From Podospora anserina (lineage: Eukaryota): 64,000 nt of DNA. Position 1 is the first letter of the stretch. Each line of letters starts with the position of its first letter. Shown in pieces: positions 47,901-60,817 of the stretch. The notes under the pieces are model-generated. The model ran no database searches. It worked only from the letters and a program-made list of their open reading frames with translations, and was not told the origin of the DNA. The position numbers were made by a program, and so were the translations under genes. Location of the stretch: positions 2,914,001 to 2,978,000 of the forward strand of contig CM030334.1 in the NCBI GenBank assembly GCA_017654855.1, given 5' to 3'.

Positions 47901-48671
47901 GAAATCAACGACTGTGTGTGTTCGAGAGAAATAGTACCGTCTACAGCAAGTCAGCAACAGCAACGGAAAGATGTAAACGGTCTCCTTACCAGACGACAAT
48001 GTTGGCCGCCGGTCAGGTGAGGCGCCCGCCCCCCGTGAATGATCCCGTCTATTTTCCCGGTTATGATCATGGCCACGATCTCGGTCCCTTGGTAGTGGTT
48101 GCAAGTCATTGATAGTGAGGCAGATGGTGCACTTGAATACATGTAGGTCCCTCGGCCATCGTACAAGCGACCCGCACGTCATGCAATTGCCCGTCGAGTA
48201 ATCCCTGCTGCCACCCGAAGAGCCGTTGCGGTGACCACGGCTCGGTGGGGGTCTTCCTCGAAACTTCGGCAGAGGTCCGGCGTCGAGACCGGACTCAGAA
48301 TCGGACTCATGTTCGGGGCGGGTCATGGGGCCCGATTTCTTCTTCTTGATTGAAAAGAGTGACGGGAATGGATGGCTCATGGAGCGTGTATGACGGGGTC
48401 TTTGTGCGTTGCGCGAAGGGTGTAAGTCTTCATCGGACGAGCTGGACTCGATTTGGCACTGCTGCAGGTTCTCCCAGGCCTCTAACTCGGGCACTCGAGA
48501 AGCGCTTCGATATCGGCTCCTTTCGCGGTTACTGCTACCATGACCGCTTGTAGACCCGGGCTGAAGATGCTGACGAGCATTCGCTGGTGATCGAGCTTGA
48601 TTCGAAGCCGTTGCGGGGTCGCGTGGACGCAGAAAGGCAGAAGAGCCCACTTCGTTGGGCCAGGGAGCCAT
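44936..48671 (-). CDS. HECT-domain E3 ubiquitin ligase (Hul4-like); exons 48671-47990, 47940-44936
   Basis: Motifs FCQYPFLLSIGAK, IRRDCLVEDSL, FKGEEGVDAGGLRKEWF, LLSFITGSDRIP and the catalytic YPTARTCFN. Intron GTAAGG..GCTGAC..TAG at 47989-47941. Confidence 0.95.
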
Positions 48672-51600
48672 GATGACGGCGAGACCTTCTGCTGATCAAC
48701 TTCAAGCCTGGGCAGCAGAAACAACCAAAGCAAATAGGTCACAGTATCAGCAAGATAGCAGGTTGCGCCTTCACCTCTTGTTGCTTTTTTGAGAGCCCCA
48801 CAGAATCCCCGGCTCTTTCCTTTGAGGGGCAATATCAGGCGGGTTGGAGAAACCGTCACTGGCACGGGGGGTGGCGTGACTGCAGTTATTCAACTGAAAA
48901 TGGAAGGGAGATGGAGGCCACGATGGTTTTGTTGCCTCCTGCCTCCTTTCCTTCGATGAAGGTCAAGAGCAAGATGAAAAGTCCGAGACTGCCAGGCCAA
49001 GGTCACTCTGCGTTCCCAAAGCACAAAAGTCAACAATAAGAGAATCGAGGTCGGCAGTCGGCAGGGTGGAACACTGATTACGTTGCGTGGTAGCGCGTGT
49101 CGTTGGGAGATAGCAATGACGATGGTGTATGTAGAAAGAAAGCCACCCACGACAGGAACAAGCGCCATTCGGTAGGTTGCGACAAAACGAACGAGGGCTG
49201 GAGGAGGAGAGGAGGAGAGGTCTCGGCCAGCTCTGGCATTCAAATCAATCACAGCCCAGCTTGAACTGCGCTGAAACGACCCAAGGCCTGTATTACCACT
49301 GACCAGTCCAACAGAAGCGACCGTATCCACCAACATCCAGAAAAAGCAGCTTCAGAGAGGCTCTGGGGATCTGCAACAGGCTCACACCCAAGGCCGTTGG
49401 CATTGATGAATACGAGTCAACCCCTGCGCCGACCATTTGGCGCCAGCGCTCAAACTATGGTTCACCCACCCCGCCACACTCCATTCCACCAGCCACATGT
49501 TGACAGCCACAGCATCATTGCAACACTAACCCCAGCCGAACCTGAAAGCTCGGGCCGTGCCGGCCCATCCCGTGTGGATCGACAGGTCAGACCAAATTCG
49601 ACTTCACTTCTGGTCAGTCGAAACAGAGTGCGCTGGATTGAGCAACATTGCGAGCTTCTGCATGGTTCGGCGCCTCATGTTCAAATGACGTTCTCGTAGG
49701 TTCGTGTTCCCATAAAGCCCACGCACCAAAAGCAATCCCTTTGGCTGGGATTCAGTTGATGGAACCTCGAGCATCTCGGGGTTCAAGCCTAGGGCGTGAA
49801 GAAGTAGGCGAGGGTATTGGAAGTCCAGGACTCCTGGAGCCTACTGCCTCGCGAGGCCTTCAACAGGAGGTCAGCAACAGCCACAATGGTTGACATGCCG
49901 CATGCTTTGACAACGAACCCCCTTCTTTTCTCCGCAGCACAAATCAGTATTGAAACCTAAAAAAAATGACTACTAAGCAGCCCAGAGCAAACACCAAACA
50001 TTGACAGTCGAGGCGTAGTCTCTGAATAGTTGACTGGACCTCTAGTGTCTGGCATTCAAAAGGTAGACACATCCTTAGTTTGGGTGTTTGGATGGTGGAT
50101 AAAAGGCCGGCTGGAGTTGGAATGTCAACATGCTGTCTGATCTGCGACATTTGGGCCGAGCTGCACCGTCATTTGTCCTAAGGGTAGTACGTACCTAGGT
50201 ACCTACCTGTCTTTACATGAGGAGGGCTTGTGATTTTCCATCCTTTCTCTTATTGTCTTTGAAACACTCCCTGCCTACCTACCTCCTCCGAGCTTCGAAC
50301 GAGTCATTTGCCCTAAATGGTACAGCTTGGGTCTGACGCCTTGGCCGATATTCAAGGAAACTCTGCGTCTGACACCGCCGTTCAAAACAACCTCTTGACG
50401 CAGACATACTCGGTCACGATACAAAACCTCACGACTAATAACTGTCTCCCAGCATGCTATGATTCACTAACAAGGCCCCTGGCTCTACTTTTTGATTTCC
50501 AGTCAGCTCATTCAAGACATCGGCGCGAATCGAAAAGCGCCCCTAAACCCTCACCTCAGGAACCTCACCGCAACCCAATCATCCAGCGACAGCCCAGTCT
50601 CGTTTCACAACCCTCACTCGGTTCCAACTCAGACAGCATCTTGGCCCTCATCTGCCCATTCTGTCAAGTGGCCGCGTCCGCCCTCAAGCTGTGTGGGTGG
50701 ATCAAAAGACTGCTGAGATCCATGTGGTTTGCCTTGTCCCACCCTGTGTAGAATCTGCAGCAAGGCACCCCGTCCCTTGTAATCGACACACACCGCTAAA
50801 CTACTTCGCCACATTCTCTACATAAACCACCTAATCATGTCGCAACGGTTGTCGTCGAGGATATGAAGGCCCCTGACGATGGACCAAAGGAAAGAAAAGA
50901 AGCTCGATAGTAGTGTGCGGACAAGGCAGTAATATCGGAAGATGGCCCGGATGCTGAGAATGTTGAGAGTTTCGGGCGGTTGGCTTGGCTAAATAAAGAT
51001 GGTGGGATATCTGGTAGTAGGAGTGAAATTTATTTGTTATAGATAAACAGGTAAAAACGGTTTCTAAGTCAGAAAGGCGGTTGCATGGGTGTCCAAGGTG
51101 ATAGAGGACTTCATTGTTACCTTCGGGGGCTTTCGTTGGCGTGGTAGCTGGCTACGTTGATTTTATTGAACCCAAATTATTGCCCACATCGTAAACCTCA
51201 GACCGATATCACTAACTACATTGTTGCCCAGTTTCATAGACGGTGGGAGAATTTCAGTCACCTAGCCTAGAGGTTAGAATATCGTATCGGGGCTTCTTCC
51301 AAGGCAAGCAAGTCTCATTGAGAAGACCGCGGCATGTCATGAGGCCTGCTTAAGAAAAACATCACAACGATGAGCAACCTGGCCTTGCATGTTTGAGGTG
51401 AAACGTGGAAAGGATACTACTGGATTGTTTATACTTGTTTGGTAAGAGCAAAGCATCAATTGATGTATCAAGGTAGTCAGACTTTGCAGTCCCCTGCGCG
51501 GCAATAAGTTCATGAAAGGTTTTCCGACAGTGGGCGGGGTCATTGGTTCTTCTTGTTCTGAGTTCATGATACTCTGCTTTTTTCCTTCGGATGTTGAACA

Positions 51601-52176
51601 TACTTGATAAATCAGGTCCAACGACAACAGTGAGCAACAAGTCAGTAGCATGCGTGGGCATTCATCACCATGTTCTTCAACGGGACAACACTCTGTTGAG
51701 TTCCGCGTAGGTGAGTGGTCATGGCACGAATCATATCTCGCTCCGTACCTCATAACCTAGGTATGAGAGCTTCCAAATAAGGTACACGGGCTAACACAAT
51801 AGGCGGCAGAGGACAACACGACAGAGGGAAAGTCTCAGCGAAACTGCATAAACTAACAGTACACAACGATCTCAGCGACTTGAAGTTGTCAGTCAAGAAT
51901 GATGTGTGCAAAGCCGGCGAGCAAACCAATTTCATTGCAGACCCAAACACCCCTCCCGAGCTTTTGGCCCTCGCGCTTGGAGAAAAACACTCCAACTAAA
52001 CCAGACATCTCCAAATTCGAATTTGAAGCTTATTACACGTCTTTGGGGGGGCTTCTTGTCTTTCGACTTGGCATACATTATATACACGCTGTCTGTTTGT
52101 TTCCTATCTCCATGCTTGCTTAGAGTATCACCAGAATCGAACATTTTCTTCATACCTTGCCTACACCTGCTCTTCA

Positions 52177-53806
52177 CTACGCCACTTTATCCATTCCCCT
52201 CAAATCAACCCCATCCACCCCCCTGAACTCAAACCACTCCCCCCATTCCTTATCCCCCACCAACCTCCCCACCGCCTCCTCCTCACTCCCCCCAGCAAAA
52301 ACCACAAACTCAATCCCCTCCTCCTCATCCCCTTTCACTCCCGCTCTCGAAGGGTAAACCACAACTCCCCCCTGGTCAATACTATCCACCAAATGCCTAT
52401 ACGCCACCAACTTCGTCCTCCCCCCCTTTCCAAACCCCCAATCCCCCCCAAGCAACCCCCCAACATCCCTATGATCAGTAATATACACCCCTCCCTCCGG
52501 TAACTCATCCAACATGATACTCAGTCCCACCTTATCCACCGCCTTCCCCATCTCCCGTATCATCCCATCCAAAACCCCATTCTCCAACGTGACAATCCCC
52601 TGCGTCATCTCCCTTACATACAACGCCAACCTCCCCAAACTCCAACCACTGACAACATCCCCCACCGTCGGCTGCACCACCCCCGCCGGCGGGGAAACTG
52701 AGAGAGGGCAGCCGATGCAATTGAACTGATGCCCTGGATGCAAAGGGGGTGACAGCCTCGGGCGGAGGTTGATAGTGTGCGTATAAAACGGGACGGTAGC
52801 TGGGTCGAGGTCGAGGGGGGAGAGCCGCATGAAACTGCGGAGGAGCAAGGCGGCGAGGCTGTCAAAGGTTGAGATCCATGCGTTGGGGTGGGAGCTGGAC
52901 AGGTCGGATGAGGCGAGGGATTTCAATGCTGCGGCTTTGGAGGCGGGGAGGTGGAATAGCAGTGAGACGCCTTTCTTGGTTGGGTCAGGGGGGGTGTACA
53001 CCTGGGGTTGGATCGGTTTGTCTGATGATGGGGGGGTGGTTGAGGGCGGGTTGAGAGCTGAGTTGTCCAGGCAGCTGAGGGGGAAGGGGGGTATAGGCCT
53101 AGAGCGAGACAGGGCTTGGCAGATCTTGGAGAGCTGGGTCGTGTAACCCACCCAGCCGATGACGTCGTTGGCGAAGTGGTGGTGGTGCATGTTCAAGATG
53201 AAGCCTCCCCGGATGAAGTTGAGCTTGTAGGCTGAGATGACGGGGTTGTTGGATGGGTGGGCTGGAGGGTGGCAGCCGTAGGTCTGGACATTGTCAGTCA
53301 CGGTCATGAAAACAACCTACCCAAAAAGGGACAGGACTCACCATGCCAGGAATACTCCAAACCTTCAAATCCCCCAACAACACACCCCTAAAGTGCTTCT
53401 CCTTCAACTCGTCCATACTCGGGTACTTCTTCCCATCTGCTGCCTCCTCCGAGCCAAGATGCTGAACATCAAACCTGACCGTGTCCCCCTTCCTCCTCAC
53501 ATACTGCAGCTCGCCCGGCTTCTCAGGGTTTCTCTCAAGTCTCCCAACCAGATGCCGGACCTGAGAAAACATGTGTTCAAACCCCGCCTTCAAGATCTCA
53601 ACAACCCGGATTTTATCCTCCTCTGTGGCAGCAGCTGGAGAAGAGAACCGGAAGAACAAGGCATAGTTGTTGTACGTCTGCGGCATAAAGTAATCCAATA
53701 CGCCCACAGGTCGGCGTTCAACCTCGGGGTCATCCTCCCAGTTGGCAGGATGAAGGTTGTAGGTCTGGTAAGGTGGTGGTTGAGAGGGTGGTGACAATGA
53801 TCCCAT
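52177..53806 (-). CDS. Transferase-family (BAHD / trichothecene 3-O-acetyltransferase-like) acyltransferase; intron 53341-53284
   Basis: HxxxD motif (MHHHHFAND), DFGWG-like DWGFG, KLNFIRGGFIL and WISTFDSLAAL. A canonical phase-0 intron joins the two ORFs. Start may be 53806 or 53812. Confidence 0.88.
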
Positions 53807-54978
53807 TGTCAAAGTCGTCGCTGATATGCGGAAAGTCTCAGAGGAAAAAGAATGAAAGCAATGAAATAGAAGCCTGGTAAGGTACCGAAAGGCTCAAGCC
53901 AAAAGGGTGAATGTCAAAAGAATTTATACCATAACACACCTCCCCATCCCCCCCCATTCTCTCAACCACCTTCCCTATCAGAGAAAAAAAGACCTTGCAT
54001 CTTCCTACCCATCCCACCCACCCTGAAGTTGTCGTTATCGCCAAGTAGGTCCCCACCTTCCTTCCTCACTTCTTGCAAGCCAACAGCTTCAAGTACTGCG
54101 TATACACGGCATAAAAGATCGGCAAAGGCCCACGCACCTTCCTCGAGAACAAAAAGCGCCTCGCATTCCCATGATACAGCTTTGTATTACCTGACTTGGT
54201 GATTAACCACATCAATAAGCCCAGCGGGGATGTGACCAGGATGAATCATACCCACGTAGTGTGTGCCGATGTAAGCAGAGCAGCGACATCCATGATTGGG
54301 CGATCAACACACCATCTGTTGGGGGTTGCGTCCCGGCGTATCAGTGCGTATTTGATGACTGAACCGGGCTGAAGTGGGCTTTTCGTGCGTATAAACTATA
54401 TGGCTCGTAGTCAGCAATAAAGACAAAAAAGTCTGAAAGAGTAACATGTAGGTCGACCTGTGTCCGCCGTGGCTCGGAAAAGTGTGCCGGGCTATCTGAT
54501 TGTCCCTGTTGTCAATTTGTCATCCACCCTCTCTTCTATCAGACACAACCACCCTGAGCAGACACAACACCCTCCACTCGGCCGGTTGAATACATGTAAA
54601 ACAGTGGTTTGAGCCAAGTTAACCCTGGAAAGTACTGGTAAACGTACATGGGTATAATGTGTACAATCCTCCTACAAAAACGCCTCGGGATTCCTATATC
54701 TGGAATCCCATGCTTCCATGATGCACATGCAGACTCCATCTCCCCAATGCTGTTACAGTCATCTCCAACAGTAGTTACACCTCCTACACAAAACCACCCG
54801 CTTTGCCTTCTACCATATGCCATTGACGAAATCAAAACGCCTCCCTCCACGCTTGCGTGACCATACGCTCCTTGCCATGCCCTTCATGCAGCTGTCGCTG
54901 GAATCATGTGTTGTCTATAGGGTGTATGTACGCTATGCCGCTCAATAATGAACAAAAAGTCAAATGTACTCCGGAAAC

Positions 54979-57770
54979 TTAATCGATCGCGATTTTTTCG
55001 TCATGTCTTGGGACTCGCCGCACAAAGCGTGGCTGTTGATTTTCAGCGCCAGGATACGCCATGGGAGCAGCCGTTCCATAGGGTTGATGCGGGCGGTCAG
55101 CTTCATATGTGGCGACTTGGTCGTAACTGTGTAAGGTAATGTCAGTATTGGGACCAGGCAGTAGAATCGAGTTTGTACTAACCCTGGACGAGCTGGGTAA
55201 TATTGATACCCAACAACACGTTCCTGGCGCTCCGATCGCTGCGGCAGACGGATGAAATCAGCTTGCTCATAGACTGGAACACGGCCAGCATGCTCTTGTA
55301 AGTAGTCTGGCCTTTCGACAGCCACAACTCGCTCGTATCGCCGGGACGGATGATTGACAGGCACAGGGCGTGCGTCAAATTCGCCCGTGTCAACCGGAAT
55401 TGGGCTCAGCTCATGTCGCCTTGGGAAGTTGTTGGAGAGGCGAACAATCTCTATAAAATCTCCTCGCAAACGGTCCATGGGCTGATTCGTATCCTCATCA
55501 AACCGGCTATCATGCCTCACAGTATCCATAGGAACAGCTGGGCGAACATCGGCAGTCCCTCTGACGGTGTAAGAACGACCGGCGGGCTGTGGACGTATAG
55601 GCTCTGCCCAATGATGCGGCGTAGGCGCTGAGGGGCCTTCAATGTAGATGGGACGGGCTTCCGACCTACGGACTAGTCCGCTGTCCTCGACATAAACGGG
55701 TCTTGCCTCTGACCTAAGGTGCGCCACGCCATCATGGCGTGGAACAATATCCTGGTATGTTGTTAAGCGGTGCAAACTCGAATTAGCAGGTCCGCCGGGC
55801 ATCCAGTTCTGTTCAGACCGCGGAGGTAGTCTGACGAAGCCTTCCTCACCGCCCGGTGTCCGGTATCCGCGCGCCTCAGTGGGCCTGCTGTAGGAGTCTT
55901 CAGCACGATGTGTCATGTATCCCATCGGAGCAGACTCAAACGCGGAGGGATGTTGCTTCGCAGTGAGTCGTGAGGGAGAGGCAGGCTCGATCGACTGTAA
56001 AACATGCTCCTTGGGTTCCTGGCTGTGATAGTGACTCGCCCGGTCACCCTGACGGTCAGGATAGGCATGAGACCCAACTATAGGTCCACGTTCATTCTCA
56101 ACTGCAATCCTGTAAGGGCGTGGCGCCTCTGGAGCATGACTACCGGTGGCAGTAGAGATACGCTGCGCTACATCCGTGTAGCCAGGCCGGCTCACAGCCT
56201 CTTGGAACCCGTTGTGGAGGTCGAGGGGAGTTTGAGAATAATATACCCGCTCCTGCGGACTGCGAGCTGTAGAAAGATCAGATCCCAACCGAGTTGGGTA
56301 TTCGAGGCGTAACGGGCCACGGCTGGTAGACCTACCATTGGCCATTGGAGCTGCAGAAGTTACGGATTCTTCTGGTGCACGTCGTTGACGCTCCACAGCC
56401 TCATTCCAAGCCACGTCGCGGGCCGCTTGATAGCGACTGAACCCGCGCTGTGCCCACTTGGCAGCTTTGCGATCTTTCTGTTGAGTCTTCTTGATGGCGC
56501 TGCGCTCTGGGTGGGCCACGCGGGGACCATAGTCCCCGCGTGGCTGCTCAGCAACCTGTCGAACCGCAGGGTGGGCGGCAGTTTGGTTCTGTCGTAATTG
56601 CGCAGCTCGTATGGAGGGAGGCACCCAGTTCGCCTCCGCTTGGTCTTCATCGTCCGCCACCGAGGTATCAGACGAATCATCCTCGTCGTCATCATCATCA
56701 TCATCCTCATCGTCGCTCTCAGAATCGGAGATCACGATGACCTCGTACAGAATCTCATCGAGCTGGTCTCGTCCTGTCTCCTCATCTCCTCGCCACTTGA
56801 CGAGGTAGTCGAGGCAGAGGGACTCGACGGCTTTTCTCGCATTGACCCAAGATGTCTCTTTGAGCAGCTTATCATACCGAGTATGGTTATGGCGGATATG
56901 AGCCAATACAGCGAGCTGAACTCGGCGTGACAAGGTTATGTCGGCAGCAAGGCCAACCGGAATAGAGTCTTTGCCCTGTGCGACCCTCGACTGTCTAGGA
57001 GTGAGTTTGGGTTGTTGAGCCAGCAATGGTGATGTACCTACCTTGTTAAACGCATGATCCAGAATCATCTGGCGGTCGGTATGAGGAATGCGCGGAAACA
57101 GATCTCTTATAGCTGCGTCAGCTTGCTTGGTGATGTCTTCTTGTCTCTCCGGGATGGGTTCAGGAAGGCCCAGCTGAGCACTGGTACCAACCAGCTGATC
57201 ATCCCCAAGAGTTTTGCGAGCTTCTTCCACAATTGACTCCCGGAAGTGGTGGCCCACACGGTTGAGGTGAAAGCTTAAGGCTGCCGAGAATACACCATTC
57301 ATTGACTAGAGATTCGTCAGAACCGGAAACGTGGGAAGCTTGTATTATTGACAAACCGTCACGATGAAGATCATAGCATCGCGCTCTCGAGACAGCTCCT
57401 TACAGAGAGTCGTCAGGGCGGGGTTCCCAATAGGAACAAATTCCATGCCCGGGGGAGGTTGTCGGTTTTGGGTGAACTGTTCTTGGTTAGTGTCCAGGAC
57501 GATGCGAGACAGCGAGCGAGCGAGCGAGCCGCATGATCCAGTTACCTCGAATTCGAGCCTCTTCTTTTTGTTCTTGTTCTCGACGGCCTCGTACCATGTC
57601 TTGTACTTCTTGCTGAGCTGTGGCTTGTCAGGAATAGCAACCAAACCTGGGGGCAGAGGGGCCGCCCAATCCACAGAATTTCCTTTGCGATCTTTCTTAT
57701 GCCTGCTCTTGGCATGAGTTCCGGTGGGAGCCGTCGCAACAGCGCCCTTCTTCTTCTTGTCCCTGCCCAT
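54979..57770 (-). CDS. DUF2293-like conserved fungal protein; exons approx. 57770-57546, 57476-57357, 57305-57042, 56990-55183, 55126-54979
   Basis: Motifs AIRDLFPRIP, RRVQLAVLAHIRHNHTRYDKLL, ARKAVESLCLDYLVKWRGDEE and PPGMEFVPIGNPALT. Four GT-AG introns have CTRAC/CTCAC-type branch sites. Confidence 0.85.
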
Positions 57771-58789
57771 GATGACTAGTAGTATCTTATCAGGTTGGCA
57801 TGGCACTCGCAATAGAACGTTCCTTGGGCGGTCGAAATGCAGCCAAAAAACGCCGTCGAACCAGCCACAATAGAGGTGGAATAGGCTGGGTCAGGCACCA
57901 AAGCGACGCTTTTTCTTTACTCAAGAAAGGACAGCGGGGTCTTCACGCAGTGATGACCCAGCTGGTTGCTTGCAAAAGATTAAAAGACGTGCGCGCCGCG
58001 AGATGCCGGTGAAAGACAGAAAAGAAAAAAATACGACTTGGAAGCGAAAACACCTGCTGGAGAGCGCCGAGGAGATAGATACTGGCGATAGGAGCCAGGC
58101 GACAATATCCACAGCCACTGTTGGGTGCTCCGGGAAAACCAGCAGTAGGTTCAGTGGGCGCGCCCTACAATGTCGCCAATGAACTCGAACGCAGGGAGCA
58201 ACCTGAGCTGAGGAGCAACAAGCAGTAACGCGCTAGAAATAATTCTCACAGAGGCCGGGCACGATCATGAAAACTCTGCGGCAGCAGTCGCGATGCACCG
58301 CTCTTGCTGAGACTGGAGACTGGAGACGGGAGTCGGGAGACGGGAGACGGATGGAAGAGAAGGACCGGGAATGGGTGCGTCACCCCTCGAGAGAAATGCA
58401 GAAGCGACGGAACCCCTCTGGCGGGATGTGGCTGGGTTGTGCCCCCACAGCCCGCAACGCCACACTAAGATCGGAGCAGCCACAACTCTCTTTGCACTTC
58501 ACCACTTTGATGGTCGAAGCTGATTGGTCTGGTCCAGATTAAGCGCCCTCCTTATTACTCTGCATCTTGGTGTAATCCAAAGCCTGCGTCCTCAACTCTA
58601 GCTCGGATAAACTGCGTGGTGTTTCTTTGAGGACCGGTGAGGACGATAATAGGTGTTTGACCGTGGCGGTTTCTTGTCTGCATTTATAGGCGTCCGCAGT
58701 CTTGCATCTCTATCTGGAATAGGGCACTCCTCTCAACCTCTCTTTTTCTTGACAACCTAAGACAACAATCATCGACCACCATTCTCACA

Positions 58790-60817
58790 ATGGCCGACTT
58801 TGATCTAGGAGCGTCTTTTATTCCCGCCTTGTACAAGCCGGCAGCCCTGTTGCCTATTGCCAAGCATCGAGAAGCCCTCTTGTACCTGATTGAAACCTGC
58901 CCTGTCACTATCGTCGTGGGTCAAACCGGCTCAGGCAAAAGTACTCAGATCCCCCAATTTCTCGAGCAGGCAGGATGGTGTGCTGATGGCAAGATTATCG
59001 GAGTGACACAGCCTCGGCGTGTTGCAGCAACCACCGTTGCCATGAGAGTTGCAGAAGAGGTTGGTTGTGAGGTGGGCAAGGAAGTTGGTTTCTCCATTCG
59101 CTTTGAGGACCTCACCTCGGCGGCTACCCGGATCAAGTTCATGACTGATGGCCTTCTTATTAGGGAGGCACTGGTCGACCCTCTCTTGTCTCGGTACTCG
59201 GTCGTCATGGTCGATGAGGCCCATGAGCGATCCATCAGTTCTGATATCCTCCTCGGGTTACTCAAAAAAGTTCGCAGGAAGAGACCTGAGCTCAGGATTA
59301 TCATCAGCAGCGCCACGCTCCAAGCCGAAGACTTTCGAGACTTCTTTTCGGAGTCCAACGAAGAAGTACCAAAAGACGACAAAGATGCCGCAAAGGTTGC
59401 CTCCATCATCAGCCTCGAGGGCAGAACCTACCCCATCGACATCTTGTACCTGGAGCAACCAGCCGAGGATTACCTCGAGAAGGCTGTTTCAACCGTCTTT
59501 GACATTCACGCTGACGAGCCAAAAGGCGACATTCTCGTGTTCCTGACGGGAAGAGACGAGATCGAAAAAGCTGTCCAGGCTGTTGCAGAGCGGTCAGCTC
59601 AGCTCCCTCCAGGATCCGATTCCCTCCTGCCCCTACCAATGTATGCCGGTCTATCGACAGAGCAGCAAAATTACATTTTCGAGGAGACCCCAGAGAACTT
59701 CAGGAAGGTTATCTTCTCTACCAACATTTCCGAGGCATCTGTGACGATTGACGGAATCGTCTACGTAGTCGATTCTGGGTTCGTCAAGCTGCGCGCCTAC
59801 AACCCTCAAACTGGCATCGAGAGTCTGACAGCCACGCCAGTCTCGAAGGCATCCGCTGCTCAAAGGTCAGGGCGTGCAGGCCGAACCAAACCTGGAAAGT
59901 GCTACAGACTCTACACCGAGGAAGCTTACCAAGCTTTGCCTGACGCCAACGTGCCCGAAATTCAACGCTCGAACCTGGCTCCTTTCGTCCTCCAGCTCAA
60001 AGCGCTGGGGATAGATAATGTCCTTCGGTTTGACTTCATCACACCGCCCCCAGCAGAACTGATGGTCAGGGCACTTGAACTGCTCTACTCGCTTGGGGCG
60101 CTGGATGAATACTCCAAACTGACAAAACCCTTGGGCCTGAGGATGGCAGAGTTGGCAGTGGAACCCATGATGAGCAAGACCCTCCTCTCGGCACCCTCTT
60201 TTGGCTGCTTGAGCGAGATATTGACGATTGCCGCCATGACAAGCGTTGGTGGGACGATATGGATCCAGCATGATGGCGAGAAGAAGAAGACGGAGAGCGC
60301 GAAGCGGAAGTTCTCAACCGAGGAAGGAGACCATCTAACCCTCCTGAATGTATACCAGGCCTTTGTGACCAAGGGCCGCAAGGAGGCACGTTTCTGCCAC
60401 GAAAACATGTTGAATTTCAAGGCAATGTCGCGAGCAGTTAGCATTCGAGCCCAGCTCAAACGTTCTCTAGAGCGATTTGGAGTCGTAGTCGATGAATCGC
60501 TTGCGAGCGGTTCCACATCCTCGACCGCTGCTGGCTCGGCCTCCATCAACAAAGCAGAACAGATTCGACGCTGCTTGACCTCGGGCTACTTCGCCCACGC
60601 AGCGAGAATGCAGCCAGATGGATCTTTCAAGAATGTGTCTGGGACAACGGTCCTTCATGCTCACCCGAGCTCGATCATGTTTAACCGCAAGGCTGACTGG
60701 GTCATCTTTCACGAGGTGATGGAAACCGGCGACAAGACTTATATCAGAGATATCACCAAGGTCGAGAAGAACTGGCTGCTGGAGTACGCTCCCGAGTTTT
60801 ACAAGACGTCAACTTGA
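58790..60817 (+). CDS. DEAH-box RNA helicase, DHX35-like
   Basis: Motifs GQTGSGKST, TQPRRVAA, DEAHERS, SAT, STNISEASVTIDG and QRSGRAGR, with an HA2/OB-fold C-terminus. The N-terminus is short and the ORF is a single 675-aa frame. Confidence 0.93.
   Translation: MADFDLGASFIPALYKPAALLPIAKHREALLYLIETCPVTIVVGQTGSGKSTQIPQFLEQAGWCADGKIIGVTQPRRVAATTVAMRVAEEVGCEVGKEVGFSIRFEDLTSAATRIKFMTDGLLIREALVDPLLSRYSVVMVDEAHERSISSDILLGLLKKVRRKRPELRIIISSATLQAEDFRDFFSESNEEVPKDDKDAAKVASIISLEGRTYPIDILYLEQPAEDYLEKAVSTVFDIHADEPKGDILVFLTGRDEIEKAVQAVAERSAQLPPGSDSLLPLPMYAGLSTEQQNYIFEETPENFRKVIFSTNISEASVTIDGIVYVVDSGFVKLRAYNPQTGIESLTATPVSKASAAQRSGRAGRTKPGKCYRLYTEEAYQALPDANVPEIQRSNLAPFVLQLKALGIDNVLRFDFITPPPAELMVRALELLYSLGALDEYSKLTKPLGLRMAELAVEPMMSKTLLSAPSFGCLSEILTIAAMTSVGGTIWIQHDGEKKKTESAKRKFSTEEGDHLTLLNVYQAFVTKGRKEARFCHENMLNFKAMSRAVSIRAQLKRSLERFGVVVDESLASGSTSSTAAGSASINKAEQIRRCLTSGYFAHAARMQPDGSFKNVSGTTVLHAHPSSIMFNRKADWVIFHEVMETGDKTYIRDITKVEKNWLLEYAPEFYKTST

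Noticed and set aside
50317-50990. Possible small gene upstream of the HECT ligase
   Set aside because: No consistent spliced frame or recognisable motif could be built.
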